This document shows, piece after piece, positions 38,433 through 48,222 of a stretch of 64,000 nucleotides of DNA. This DNA is from Candidatus Nomurabacteria bacterium (GTDB lineage: Bacteria; Patescibacteriota; Minisyncoccia; Phycocordibacterales; UBA9973), in the NCBI GenBank assembly GCA_052035405.1, contig JBPOHQ010000004.1, positions 6,687 to 70,686 of the forward strand. Direction: 5' to 3'. Below the pieces are notes generated by a model that had not been told where the DNA came from, did no database searches, and was given only the letters and a program-made list of their open reading frames with translations. The stretch's first letter is position 1. The number at the start of each line of letters is the position of its first letter. A program made the position numbers and the translations under genes.

Positions 38433-39845
38433 CTACTTCGTTAATTTTATACCGAGTTCTTTGAGTTGTTTCTCAGCTACTTCACTTGGGGAATTCATCA
38501 TAAGGTCTTTACCTTCACCTGTCTTTGGGAAAGCTATGACTTCGCGGATATTAGGTTCATTTTCCATAAGCATCATAAATCTATCAAACCCCCAAGCAAT
38601 ACCACCATGAGGAGGGCATCCGGAGCCGAGAGCTTGTAGCATATGACTAAAGTTCTTCTGTATTCTTTCTGCTGGGTAACCCATTATCTCGAAAACTTTT
38701 TTCAAAGCTTCTGGTTCATGATTTCTGATACTTCCTCCACCTATTTCATATCCATTTAGAATAATGTCGTATTGAGTAGTTAAAATATCTCCGATATCTT
38801 TTTTGTTCATGAGCATTTCCATGTGTTCATTCTGTGGTCGAGAGAAAGGGTTATGTGTGAAAGTCCACTCACCTTCTGCCTGAGGATTGTCTGATTTATC
38901 AGTCCTCTCAAAGAAAGGAAAGTCTACCACCCAACCAAACGCGAGGAGGTCTTTATCTTCTTTATCTTTTCTAAAATCAGGTCGGTCGTTGCCATATTTT
39001 TCCATTGCTTCTTTGTACGTAATTCTAGGGAAAGGAATTTCTTGGATTTTTTTATGAGGATATAAAGTTTGCACGATATTTATAAGCAACGCTTCATTTA
39101 CTGCCATAACGTCTTCTCTCTCAACAAAACTCATTTCCATATCAAGCTGAGTGAACTCTGGTTGTCTATCACCTCGAGTATCTTCATCACGCATACATCG
39201 TGCTACTTGGAAATATCTTTCTGCGCCGGAAGCCATTAAGAGCTGCTTGTATTGCTGAGGTGACTGAGGAAGAGCATAAAAAGTACCTTGCCAGATACGT
39301 GAAGGAACGATGTAGTCTCGTGCTCCTTCAGGAGTAGACTTAGTAAGTATTGGAGTCTCTACTTCTATAAAATTTTCTTTATCGAGGTAATCACGAACGA
39401 ATTTTATAACTTTATGTCTGTTGCGAATATTTTTTTGCATTCGAGGACGTCGAAGGTCAAGGTATCGATAAGTAAGTCTGTTTTCCTCACCAACTTCATA
39501 CCCTTCTGTAGTTACATCAAAGTTTGGAGTCTCTGCTTTATTTAATACTTCTATACCAGTAACTTCGAGCTCTACATCACCATTTACTACACCAGCCTTA
39601 ATATTCTTCTCAGGACGCTTGTTAACTATACCTGTAACCTTTAAAACCCACTCAGGACGGATTTCTTTAGCTTTCTCTATAGCTTCTACGTGATTAGGTA
39701 ATGTGACGCATTGTACGAGTCCTGACATATCTCGCATATCAAAGAAAACCATTTTACCTTGGTCACGACGCACATCTACCCAACCTGAAATACTAATCTC
39801 TTCCCCTACTTTACTACTCAAATCTTTTATTAAAATTCTAGTCAT
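38433..39845 (-). CDS. aspS: aspartate--tRNA ligase (compact form lacking the GAD insertion)
   Basis: N-terminal OB fold. Motif 2 FYALPQSPQQYKQLLM…FQVARCMRDEDTRGDRQPEFTQLDMEMSF, close to bacterial AspRS. 470 aa. Confidence 0.85.
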   Translation of the reverse strand: MTRILIKDLSSKVGEEISISGWVDVRRDQGKMVFFDMRDMSGLVQCVTLPNHVEAIEKAKEIRPEWVLKVTGIVNKRPEKNIKAGVVNGDVELEVTGIEVLNKAETPNFDVTTEGYEVGEENRLTYRYLDLRRPRMQKNIRNRHKVIKFVRDYLDKENFIEVETPILTKSTPEGARDYIVPSRIWQGTFYALPQSPQQYKQLLMASGAERYFQVARCMRDEDTRGDRQPEFTQLDMEMSFVEREDVMAVNEALLINIVQTLYPHKKIQEIPFPRITYKEAMEKYGNDRPDFRKDKEDKDLLAFGWVVDFPFFERTDKSDNPQAEGEWTFTHNPFSRPQNEHMEMLMNKKDIGDILTTQYDIILNGYEIGGGSIRNHEPEALKKVFEIMGYPAERIQKNFSHMLQALGSGCPPHGGIAWGFDRFMMLMENEPNIREVIAFPKTGEGKDLMMNSPSEVAEKQLKELGIKLTK

Positions 39846-40010
39846 GTTATTTATCTTGGAGAAAACAAAAATCGCCTCTCCAAACTTATCCCAATTTAAC
39901 TAACAGTGATAAATTTGCAGGGGCGATCTTTGTCGCGGTGCCACCCTACTTTTGACTCTTTAAAACATTAGCCTCCCCAGTTGTCAGTTGGATCAATGGC
40001 TATATACATA
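39846..40010 (-). promoter_or_regulatory. T-box riboswitch leader (Asp specifier) upstream of aspS
   Basis: On the minus strand: AGUAGGGUGGCACCGCGAC (T-box core AGGGUGGNACCGCG, plus-strand 39935-39948). Downstream terminator helix AAAGAUCGCC/GGCGAUUUUU followed by a U-rich tract. Candidate specifier CCA-ACUGACAAC-UGG containing GAC then A. Sigma70-like TTGTAA-16-TATTAT at 40037-40010. Confidence 0.55.
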
Positions 40011-40089
40011 TAATAACATACTGTTTGTCTTTTACAAGAAGTTGATTTTTAAAAAAATGATACAATGCTAATAATAAAATTTGTTCATT

Positions 40090-40227
40090 ATGGCAAAAGT
40101 GATAAAAAAAGGAGTTAAGTTGGATAAAAAATTCCGGCTAACTTCACCGCCGCCGGAAACTCCGATACAACAACCTCCTACACCTCCTCCACCACCGGTG
40201 GACCCCAAACAACTAAAACTATTTTAA
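40090..40227 (+). CDS. small proline-rich peptide (45 aa), hypothetical
   Basis: MAKVIKKGVKLDKKFRLTSPPPETPIQQPPTPPPPPVDPKQLKLF. Internal AAGGAG 6 nt before an in-frame TTG. A strong terminator follows immediately. Confidence 0.3.
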   Translation: MAKVIKKGVKLDKKFRLTSPPPETPIQQPPTPPPPPVDPKQLKLF

Positions 40228-40231
40228 CTCC

Positions 40232-40258
40232 GCCGGGCAGCAATGCCCGGCATTTTTT
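40232..40258 (+). terminator. rho-independent terminator
   Basis: gccgggc-agcaat-gcccggc followed by attttttat. Confidence 0.8.
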
Positions 40259-40284
40259 ATAAACACATTTTTTAAATTTATTAC

Positions 40285-41289
40285 TTAGATAGAATTAAGT
40301 AAGAATTTTTTCCAGTTACTAAATATTATTTTATCAACTTCTTCCGTTGAATATATTTTCTCTAGCTCTTTAATTATATTGATGTAATTACTTGTGTCTT
40401 TGATCTCTGGTACATATTGAGGCCAAGACATTCCATCAAAATCAGATCCAAACGCAACATGATCAATACCACATATATCAACGGCGTGTTTAATATGAGC
40501 CACTACATCATCAAGAGTTGCATCTTCAAATTTTTTATTTAAGAATTCTGGAACAAAAGCAATACCTAATACACCACCTCTTTCAGCAACAGCTTTAAGT
40601 TGTTCGTCGTCAAGATTTCTACGGTGAGAATTTAATGCAAGAGTACAAGTATGCGAGTTCATAACTGGACCCTTAAATATTTTTAAAGCATCCCAAAAAA
40701 GAGTTTTGTTCATATGTGCGGTATCAAGAATCATGCCAAGCTCGTCCATCTTCTCCAGAAGCCTTCTACCATTTTCAGTCAGTCCATTGTCAGTATCTGT
40801 ACCTCCTCCAAATTGATTGTCTCTGTTCCAAACAATACCGACCATTCGAAGACCCTTATCATACAGTGACTCAATATTACTTAAAGTTACGTCTATCCCT
40901 ATAGCATCTTCTACTAACATCACAAGCCCTAAAACATTTTCATTATTCAACACAAAATCCAGGTCAGTTTTAGATTTTATTATCTTTACTTTTCCTTCAC
41001 TCTTGTGTTCTAAATTGTTGTAAAAATCTAATTGCCTAGAAGTTTCTTCTTGAGCAAATTTCAAGTCTGTAAATATTTTTCCATCATTTAAAGCATAAGG
41101 GAAAGAAACACCAAACACTATTTTTACCCCTGAATTTGACAAACGTACGTAGTCTGATTGATTAAGTCTTGGTGCAGACAAAAGATTACTTTGATCAAAA
41201 GTATTTTCTACTAAAAAGTCTTTACCAGTTATGTGCATCGAGTTAAAAGAAATATCCTGATGTGCGTCTATTATTTTGTATTTGCTCAT
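40285..41289 (-). CDS. membrane dipeptidase family protein (peptidase M19)
   Basis: IIDAHQD… at the N-terminus and …IDHVAFGSDFDG… at the C-terminus. Confidence 0.7.
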   Translation of the reverse strand: MSKYKIIDAHQDISFNSMHITGKDFLVENTFDQSNLLSAPRLNQSDYVRLSNSGVKIVFGVSFPYALNDGKIFTDLKFAQEETSRQLDFYNNLEHKSEGKVKIIKSKTDLDFVLNNENVLGLVMLVEDAIGIDVTLSNIESLYDKGLRMVGIVWNRDNQFGGGTDTDNGLTENGRRLLEKMDELGMILDTAHMNKTLFWDALKIFKGPVMNSHTCTLALNSHRRNLDDEQLKAVAERGGVLGIAFVPEFLNKKFEDATLDDVVAHIKHAVDICGIDHVAFGSDFDGMSWPQYVPEIKDTSNYINIIKELEKIYSTEEVDKIIFSNWKKFLLNSI

Positions 41290-41314
41290 ATCTTTATATT
41301 ACTTATATTTATAA

Positions 41315-41356
41315 AAAAATAAAGGGTACTGCTACTTACTGAGCAATACCCTTTTA
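41315..41356. terminator. bidirectional rho-independent terminator
   Basis: aaagggta…tacccttt hairpin flanked by an A-run and a T-run. Confidence 0.6.
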
Positions 41357-41381
41357 GTTATAGGATTAAAAAATAAAACAC

Positions 41382-42761
41382 TTAAGTAACTTTCACCAGA
41401 TTAGTAATCTCTTCAAAAGTCATGTTCATAAGGGGTTGAACAACCCCTTTAGGAACATGGTCACCATTCAATAAATCAAATTGACTAAAACCTCTGCGTT
41501 GCTCCAGTAATTCCCTGAAATTTTTTCTTTCCAGAACAAATCCTGGGTTTACAATTTCTTTACTCCAAAGAAGTAAGCGGGCACGTTCATTTTCCGCTGC
41601 CCTAATTTCTTCAACAGAAGAATTATCTGTTAAGCCACTTAAAACAGTTGAAAGTCCACTATTTAACTCTACCCTTTGTTGATGAAGATTAATTAATTTA
41701 ATTACACTTTCAAACAATTCCTCTTCTGCATTACAAGGAAGAAATTTGAATGTTCCTCCTGGAAGGATTGTATGGCCCATATATTTTGGCAACCATTTAA
41801 ACTTTCCGCTCTGAAGCAGGGCTTTGTACATGCGATCAAGCACGTCTCTGAGCGGTTGACTTTTAGTGTAGTTAATCATATCTACACCAGACATAGTGTA
41901 AGTATCACCAACATCTTGATACTCGAGTGAGGACTGTATTTGCTGCCAATAGCAGACAATCGAATCCAGTAAGATCACCGCCTCTTTGATTGGGAAAAAT
42001 CCGGTTGCTGGAAGCAAACAGTCATTCCTGATCATTTGTGCATGTTGTCCTTTCATAATCAAGAACTCCTCAACATCACTAACCTTTCCTGGTAAATCTA
42101 CTCGGGTGACAATTCCTTCCGCAGATATGTGACGGTCAAAAATACCATTGCGTTGATCATATCCCTGTAAAATCCACTGTTCATTTTCTATCAAAATCTG
42201 AAAGAAATCATGGACCCAAGGAAAATTGAGTAAATCTGCATCAAGTATTACATTTTCTGGGCCAAGTGCCTGTTTTTTCGCTAAGTGATGTACGCTTGCT
42301 AAATTGGTATGTCCTGCAAAATTTTTTGCAGCAATATATCCATTGCTCGTGATTGCCTGTTGGCTTAATCTTAAGTAGGGTGACAAAACAGCATGCTGCT
42401 GTACAGCACAATTATGTTTTGAGTAACCTTCTTTAACAATTTCTGGTTCGTCTGCATAATCTACAAGAGATTGATTGCCCATATAGTCACAAATTTTTAC
42501 CCCCATAAAAGGATAGATATTGTTGGACGGCCAATGGAGGCCCACATGTGGCGTGGCACGGATTTCTATTCCGGCTTTCGTCAGTTGTAAAATTTGGTTA
42601 GGAGTTAGTTTATGGGACTGTGCACCCCATGGGTTTTTCCCATCAACCCCAATCAAAAAAAAGTTCTGGGATTGAAGTTTAAGAGTTTCAAAAGTGATTA
42701 GTTGAGGATTTTGATTACCCTTAGTTGGGCGCTGTGGGAAAAGAAGTGATAGACGGCTCAT
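41382..42761 (-). CDS. hypothetical protein (459 aa), function unknown
   Basis: Soluble protein with no recognisable motif. Its own terminators lie on both sides. Confidence 0.5.
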   Translation of the reverse strand: MSRLSLLFPQRPTKGNQNPQLITFETLKLQSQNFFLIGVDGKNPWGAQSHKLTPNQILQLTKAGIEIRATPHVGLHWPSNNIYPFMGVKICDYMGNQSLVDYADEPEIVKEGYSKHNCAVQQHAVLSPYLRLSQQAITSNGYIAAKNFAGHTNLASVHHLAKKQALGPENVILDADLLNFPWVHDFFQILIENEQWILQGYDQRNGIFDRHISAEGIVTRVDLPGKVSDVEEFLIMKGQHAQMIRNDCLLPATGFFPIKEAVILLDSIVCYWQQIQSSLEYQDVGDTYTMSGVDMINYTKSQPLRDVLDRMYKALLQSGKFKWLPKYMGHTILPGGTFKFLPCNAEEELFESVIKLINLHQQRVELNSGLSTVLSGLTDNSSVEEIRAAENERARLLLWSKEIVNPGFVLERKNFRELLEQRRGFSQFDLLNGDHVPKGVVQPLMNMTFEEITNLVKVT

Positions 42762-42796
42762 ATTTATGTTGTTTTATTTTTTAGATGTGAAAGAAC

Positions 42797-42830
42797 AGAA
42801 AATCCTTGAAGTGTTCAAGGATTTTTGTTT
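42797..42830 (-). terminator. rho-independent terminator after trpS
   Basis: aaaatccttgaa-gtg-ttcaaggatttt palindrome. Confidence 0.65.
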
Positions 42831-43004
42831 ATTTTCTTCTTAAAACTTTTTTAGAAAAAATCAAACACTAACCCTCGAACTAAATGTAAAATACACCCAC
42901 ACGAATAGCAGGTTAGCAATAATAAACATTGCATTTTCTTTTATATTTATTGTTCGACTTGTGTCTAATTGCATACTTATGTGTAGTATATAAAATAATA
43001 AGTT

Positions 43005-43955
43005 TTAGTCAATACTCACTCCAATTTTATCTTTCACTTCCTTCATCTTTGCCTCAGCTACCTTCTTAGCCTTTTCACCCCCTGCTTTTAGTATTGCTAT
43101 AGCACTCGGAATATCTTTCTCAAATTCTTTACGTCGTTCACGCATCGGTGCGATGAATTTTTCAAGGTCTTCTACTAGAGCTTCTTTGAGTATTTTATAC
43201 TTACCTTTATTTGCTTCATATAGTTCCTTTAGTTCACTTTCTGAACGAATGAGTTTGTGTATAGCATATACATTTGTAGGTACATCTCCTCCAGAATCAG
43301 TCACGATACCCATAACGCATTTTTTTATCTCTTCATATTCTGCAAAAAGCGGAATAGTGTTTCCGTAACTCTTAGACATCTTTCTGCCATCTGTTCCAGG
43401 AACTATAGCTACATCTTTCATTATTTTATGCTCCGGTAATTTGAATGTCTCTCCAAATGCGTTGTTGAATTTAAGTGCAATGTCTCGTGCAATCTCCACA
43501 TGCTGTTGTTGATCTGCACCGACTGGCACAACTTGAGTATTATAAAGTAGTATATCTGAAGTCATAAGAACTGGATAATTAAAAGTACCAACGTCTATTT
43601 CTTTATTTTTTGCTTCAGCATCCTTAAAAGCATGTGCTCGCATAAGATACGGCATGGTTACCAAAGTATCAAAAATCCAAGTAAGCTCAGTATGCTCTGA
43701 AACAGAGCTCTGTTGAAAGAATGTTGCTTTTCTAGGATCGAGCCCTATCGATAAAAAATCTAAAAGAACTGATGTAATATTTTCTCGCATTGCTCTTGGT
43801 TCTCTTAGCGAGTGTAATGCGTGATAGTCTGCAATCATCATAAAACAGTCATACTCATCTTGAAGATCAACGAGTTGTTTCATCATGCCAAAATAATTAC
43901 CAATATGTGGTTTTCCAGAAGGTTGAATTCCTGACAACAATACTTTTTTAGACAT
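43005..43955 (-). CDS. trpS: tryptophan--tRNA ligase
   Basis: SGIQPSGKPHIGNYFG (HIGH region) and KMSKSYGN. Confidence 0.9.
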   Translation of the reverse strand: MSKKVLLSGIQPSGKPHIGNYFGMMKQLVDLQDEYDCFMMIADYHALHSLREPRAMRENITSVLLDFLSIGLDPRKATFFQQSSVSEHTELTWIFDTLVTMPYLMRAHAFKDAEAKNKEIDVGTFNYPVLMTSDILLYNTQVVPVGADQQQHVEIARDIALKFNNAFGETFKLPEHKIMKDVAIVPGTDGRKMSKSYGNTIPLFAEYEEIKKCVMGIVTDSGGDVPTNVYAIHKLIRSESELKELYEANKGKYKILKEALVEDLEKFIAPMRERRKEFEKDIPSAIAILKAGGEKAKKVAEAKMKEVKDKIGVSID

Positions 43956-43994
43956 AAGAATATATTAACACATTTAAACCAGACGGACTATAGA

Positions 43995-44204
43995 TTATTC
44001 AGTATATTGAATAAACGACGCCCCAATCTTAAAGGGGCTAGATACTATAATAATAAGCCATTTCAAGGCATGATACGCCCAGAAATTATCTTCTTGAATC
44101 CATTTATTAACTTCGTCAACCAACATATAAGAACCCATGGAGATAAACATACATGGCAGGCCGATAGTCACAAGTAGTAATAGTTTTAAGATTGTTGAAA
44201 TCAT
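43995..44204 (-). CDS. small membrane protein, hypothetical
   Basis: Two TM helices, upstream of trpS. Confidence 0.3.
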   Translation of the reverse strand: MISTILKLLLLVTIGLPCMFISMGSYMLVDEVNKWIQEDNFWAYHALKWLIIIVSSPFKIGASFIQYTE

Positions 44205-44347
44205 TTTTGTATAGTTACAATATATTGTAAGATTTATCAGTTTTTGTCAATCAAAAGCAGTAATAGCTAGCTTTAAACATTATCTATTTTAATCCACACT
44301 TTAACCACAGATTTATACTTTGACTCCATCTCTTCCTAGCTGCTAAA

Positions 44348-45748
44348 ATGACTCTAATGAATCGAAACAAAAAAGATAGTGTTCGTATCCCACCTCAAAG
44401 TATTTCTTCTGAACAAGCAGTGCTTGGTTCTATTATGCTTCGCAAAGATGCAATTCAAGAAGTTGAAGAAGTAGTTACACCGGACTCTTTTTATGTAGAA
44501 AAACATAAAAAAATATTTCAAGCCATGCTTGATCTATATCTTAAAAACGAACCTATAGACATGCTCTCCCTTTCTACAAAACTTGAAGAGAGAAAACAAC
44601 TCGAAATGATTGGTGGCAATAATTACCTCGCTGAGTTGGTAAACGTAGTTCCTTCATCATTAAATGTTAAACACTATTCTGAGATAGTTCAAAAGAAATA
44701 CGTACTCCGAAGTCTCATTGATGCAGCCGATTATGTCGCTGAACTCGCTTTTGAAGAAAATGATGACCATATGGACGATATACTAGACATGGCAGAAAAA
44801 AAGATGTTTGCTGTTGTTTCTAGTCCTAAAAATCAAAAATATGTCAGCATGAAAAACGCTCTCCCTGAAGCATGGGAAAGACTGGAAAAGCTTCATGAAC
44901 ATAAAGGTGGACTTCGTGGTGTGGCTACTGGATTTAAGGATCTAGATAGTATTCTCTCTGGTTTTCAAAATTCAGATCTTATTATTCTTGCTGCTCGCCC
45001 TTCTGTCGGTAAAACAACGCTTGCCCTTGATATCGCTCGTATGTCGGCTGTAAATGAAGAAAAGTCTGTACTTATATTTTCTCTTGAAATGTCCTCACAA
45101 CAACTCGTAGACAGAATGCTTTCTGCTCAGTCACGAGTAAATGCATGGAATCTAAGGACTGGTAGATTGAATTCCGATCATGATTTTTCACAACTTCGTG
45201 ACTCTCTTGATAAGCTTGCAAAAGCAAAGATATATATAGATGACCAACCAGGAAACTCTATTGTAAAAATGAAAGCACTATCTCGTAGAATTAAAGCTGA
45301 GAAAGGGCTTGATATGATTATAGTTGATTACTTGCAGCTCATGACTACTTCTAAAAATTATGACTCTATGGTAAATCAGGTAACAGAAATTTCACGCTCA
45401 CTTAAGAGTCTAGCAAAAGAGCTCGATGTACCAGTAGTCGCACTTTCTCAGCTTTCTCGTGCGGTGGAGTCTCGTGGTGGTAAACCTCGCCTCTCTGACC
45501 TTCGTGACTCTGGATCCATCGAACAGGATGCGGACGTGGTGATGTTCATCCACCGTGAAGATAAAGGAAAGAGTGAAATGGAACAGACAAATATCGCAGA
45601 GATACTTATCGAAAAACACAGAAATGGTCCTACTGGTGCAGTTGAACTTTACTTTGATGCAAAAACTACAACCTTCTTAAACTTAGAAAAAAGTAACTTA
45701 AGTGAATTTGCTCCTTCTAAGATGAGTGGAGGGTTAGATGATTTTTAA
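44348..45748 (+). CDS. dnaB: replicative DNA helicase
   Basis: PPQSISSEQAVLGSIM N-terminal domain, Walker A AARPSVGKTTLALDIA and RecA-like C-terminal domain. Confidence 0.9.
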   Translation: MTLMNRNKKDSVRIPPQSISSEQAVLGSIMLRKDAIQEVEEVVTPDSFYVEKHKKIFQAMLDLYLKNEPIDMLSLSTKLEERKQLEMIGGNNYLAELVNVVPSSLNVKHYSEIVQKKYVLRSLIDAADYVAELAFEENDDHMDDILDMAEKKMFAVVSSPKNQKYVSMKNALPEAWERLEKLHEHKGGLRGVATGFKDLDSILSGFQNSDLIILAARPSVGKTTLALDIARMSAVNEEKSVLIFSLEMSSQQLVDRMLSAQSRVNAWNLRTGRLNSDHDFSQLRDSLDKLAKAKIYIDDQPGNSIVKMKALSRRIKAEKGLDMIIVDYLQLMTTSKNYDSMVNQVTEISRSLKSLAKELDVPVVALSQLSRAVESRGGKPRLSDLRDSGSIEQDADVVMFIHREDKGKSEMEQTNIAEILIEKHRNGPTGAVELYFDAKTTTFLNLEKSNLSEFAPSKMSGGLDDF

Positions 45749-45757
45749 TGATACAAA

Positions 45758-46369
45758 ATGGACGTAATAGATAAACTAACAGAAGTATTTAAAGAATTTC
45801 CAGGGATTGGAGAGCGACAAGCTAGACGTTTTGTGTATTTTCTCATGTCTCGAAACGGTGAGTATTCAGGAAATTTATCTAAGCTGGTTTTAGAATTAAA
45901 GAAAGAAATCACTCAATGTAAGGAGTGCTTCCGATTTTTCATCTTAAATAATTCACATGAGAGTATTTGTGAAATTTGTAAAAATCCAAATACAGACGCC
46001 ACAACTCTTATGGTTGTTGAAAAAGATTCTGATTTAGAGAGTATGAAAAAAAGTAGAATGTATGCAGGGAAATACTTTGTCCTGGGAGGACTCGTTCCTA
46101 TCATTGAAAAAAGTACCCCTACTCGTGTACGTATAAATGAATTAATTCAAACAATCTCCAAAAATAAAAATTTAAAAGAAATAATACTAGCCTTTTCTAT
46201 GTCTCCTCAGGGAGATCATACTGATTTTTATATTAGAAATGAGATACAAACTAGAATACCAGAAATAAATACTAAAATATCTTCTTTAGGTCGCGGACTA
46301 TCTACTGGGACTGAGTTAGAATATTCTGATAATGAAACCTTAAAGAATGCACTAAAAAATAGACAGTAA
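45758..46369 (+). CDS. recR: recombination protein RecR
   Basis: FPGIGERQARRFVYFLM HhH motif, C4 zinc finger and Toprim domain. Confidence 0.9.
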   Translation: MDVIDKLTEVFKEFPGIGERQARRFVYFLMSRNGEYSGNLSKLVLELKKEITQCKECFRFFILNNSHESICEICKNPNTDATTLMVVEKDSDLESMKKSRMYAGKYFVLGGLVPIIEKSTPTRVRINELIQTISKNKNLKEIILAFSMSPQGDHTDFYIRNEIQTRIPEINTKISSLGRGLSTGTELEYSDNETLKNALKNRQ

Positions 46370-46407
46370 GGTTTATTTGTGTTAGATTTTTTGTGAAATT
46401 GTAAAAT

Positions 46408-46650
46408 ATGGAAGTAATATTAGAGCTTATAAAAGCTCATCCGTATTTCTTTTCGGGGTTCATTGGATCTGTGATCTATGTAATAGGTATAACAGAAAAA
46501 AATGAGCCAATTGATCATATCTATATATTGGGGGCCGTTGGTTTCCTAATCTTAGGTACCCTTTTCTTTCCTTTAGGATGGATCGGGGCAATTTTTGTTA
46601 TTCTAGCCAATTATCTTGTCTGGAAGAATAAAAATAAAGATCAAAACTAG
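46408..46650 (+). CDS. small membrane protein, hypothetical
   Basis: Two TM helices. Confidence 0.35.
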   Translation: MEVILELIKAHPYFFSGFIGSVIYVIGITEKNEPIDHIYILGAVGFLILGTLFFPLGWIGAIFVILANYLVWKNKNKDQN

Positions 46651-46760
46651 AAAAGACTCGCTCTACTAGCGAGTAAGCAAATAAGCAGCTGTGTTTAGTT
46701 AGGGACTAAACACAGAAAAAACAAGAAAAAAATGTCCTCCTTTTTCAAGGAAGACATTTT

Positions 46761-47078
46761 TTATTTTATAGAAGTTATTTTTACTTTAAAGAATGGTTGT
46801 CTGTGGCCGTTTCTGCGTAGGTATCTGGATTTTTGTTTATATTTAACAACTAAAACTTTCTTTGCTCGGCCTATTTCTGTAATTTCTGCACTTACTTTTG
46901 CACCAGTTATATAAGGAGTTCCAATAGTAGTATTTTTACCATCGTCTACTAATAAAACCTTATCAAAAACAAGCTTATCCCCTACAGCGTATTCACCCTT
47001 TATTTTCTCAACAGAAAGGACAGAGCCTAGAGAGACCTTGTATTGCTTTCCACCTGTTTTTATTACTGCAAATTCCAT
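46761..47078 (-). CDS. rplU: 50S ribosomal protein L21
   Basis: MEFAVIKTGGKQYKVSLGSVL…. Start trimmed from the track ORF to Met41. Confidence 0.85.
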   Translation of the reverse strand: MEFAVIKTGGKQYKVSLGSVLSVEKIKGEYAVGDKLVFDKVLLVDDGKNTTIGTPYITGAKVSAEITEIGRAKKVLVVKYKQKSRYLRRNGHRQPFFKVKITSIK

Positions 47079-47192
47079 AGGGTCTATAATATACGAAAGC
47101 CTATAAAAATGCAAGTATTGCAGGTTGTGGAGTAAATAAGGTCTATACAAAAAAAGCTTCCACCAGCATTTGTCTATGGTATAATATGCCAT

Positions 47193-48218
47193 ATGCAAAC
47201 TAAAATTATAGAAAGATATTTTTTCTTTGGGCTCTTATTAGCGACACTTGTTTTTACATTCTTTATTTTCCAGCCTTTTTGGATAGTTATAATTTTAGGA
47301 ATTGCTTTTTCGGTTGTATTTTACCCAGTATATGAATGGTTTAACAGGCGAAAATTACCTCACTGGCTCTCAAGTCTACTAACTGTAATTATTTTTACGA
47401 TAATTTTATTAGGACCAGTGCTTGGCATAGGAGCTATAGTTTTCAATCAAAGTCAGGATGCATATTTCTATTTAGTAACTGGCGGAAACTCAGGTACTTT
47501 TATTGATTCAGTAGAAACCGCAGTAAACAAAATACTCCCAGACAACGTAAATTTTGACGCTAGTCAGAAAATCTCCGATTTTGTATTTTTTATAACGAAC
47601 AACATAGCAAAGATATTTAGTAGTACTCTATCCGCGTTCTTCTCTTTCACTTTGATGCTACTAGCTATGTTTTATTTCTTTAAAGACGGACATGAATGGA
47701 AAAAAACTCTCATAAAATTAAGCCCACTTCGTGATGAAGATGATACCAAGATAATAAGGAAATTAACAAATGCAATAAACGGGGTCGTAAAAGGATACCT
47801 TCTCATAGGTCTTTTACAAGGCACACTTATGGGTGTCGGACTTTGGATTGTGGGTATTCCAAACCCTGCTCTTTGGGGAGTAGTGGCCGCTGTTGCATCA
47901 CTTATCCCTATGGTAGGAACAGGATTTGTGTCTGTACCAGCAATCATATATCTACTCGCTACAGGTGAGACTGGAGCTGCAATAGCATTACTTGCTTGGT
48001 CTGTGACACTTGTAGGAACTATTGACAATATGTTAAATCCATATCTCATAGGTGGAAAAATAAATCTACCTCCCCTCCTTGTGCTTATCTCTGTCTTGGG
48101 TGGTATATCATTATTGGGTCCTGTAGGAATTCTTGTAGGACCACTGACTCTTTCACTGCTTTATACTTTAATTTCAATTTACAAAAACGAATTCAAGGAT
48201 TCACAACAAGAAGTCTAA
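47193..48218 (+). CDS. AI-2E family transporter (PerM/UPF0118)
   Basis: Eight TM helices and the conserved AI-2E family pattern. Confidence 0.7.
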   Translation: MQTKIIERYFFFGLLLATLVFTFFIFQPFWIVIILGIAFSVVFYPVYEWFNRRKLPHWLSSLLTVIIFTIILLGPVLGIGAIVFNQSQDAYFYLVTGGNSGTFIDSVETAVNKILPDNVNFDASQKISDFVFFITNNIAKIFSSTLSAFFSFTLMLLAMFYFFKDGHEWKKTLIKLSPLRDEDDTKIIRKLTNAINGVVKGYLLIGLLQGTLMGVGLWIVGIPNPALWGVVAAVASLIPMVGTGFVSVPAIIYLLATGETGAAIALLAWSVTLVGTIDNMLNPYLIGGKINLPPLLVLISVLGGISLLGPVGILVGPLTLSLLYTLISIYKNEFKDSQQEV

Positions 48219-48222
48219 CTTT

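Noticed and set aside
46761-47198. Long N-terminal extensions in track ORFs (rplU 145 aa, flavoprotein from 10957, pepN from 33814, AstE-like from 37192, PBP2 from 30541, DUF202 from 55471)
   Set aside because: Homology starts at internal Met codons (for example MEFAVIK for L21). The extensions lack conservation, so starts were trimmed.
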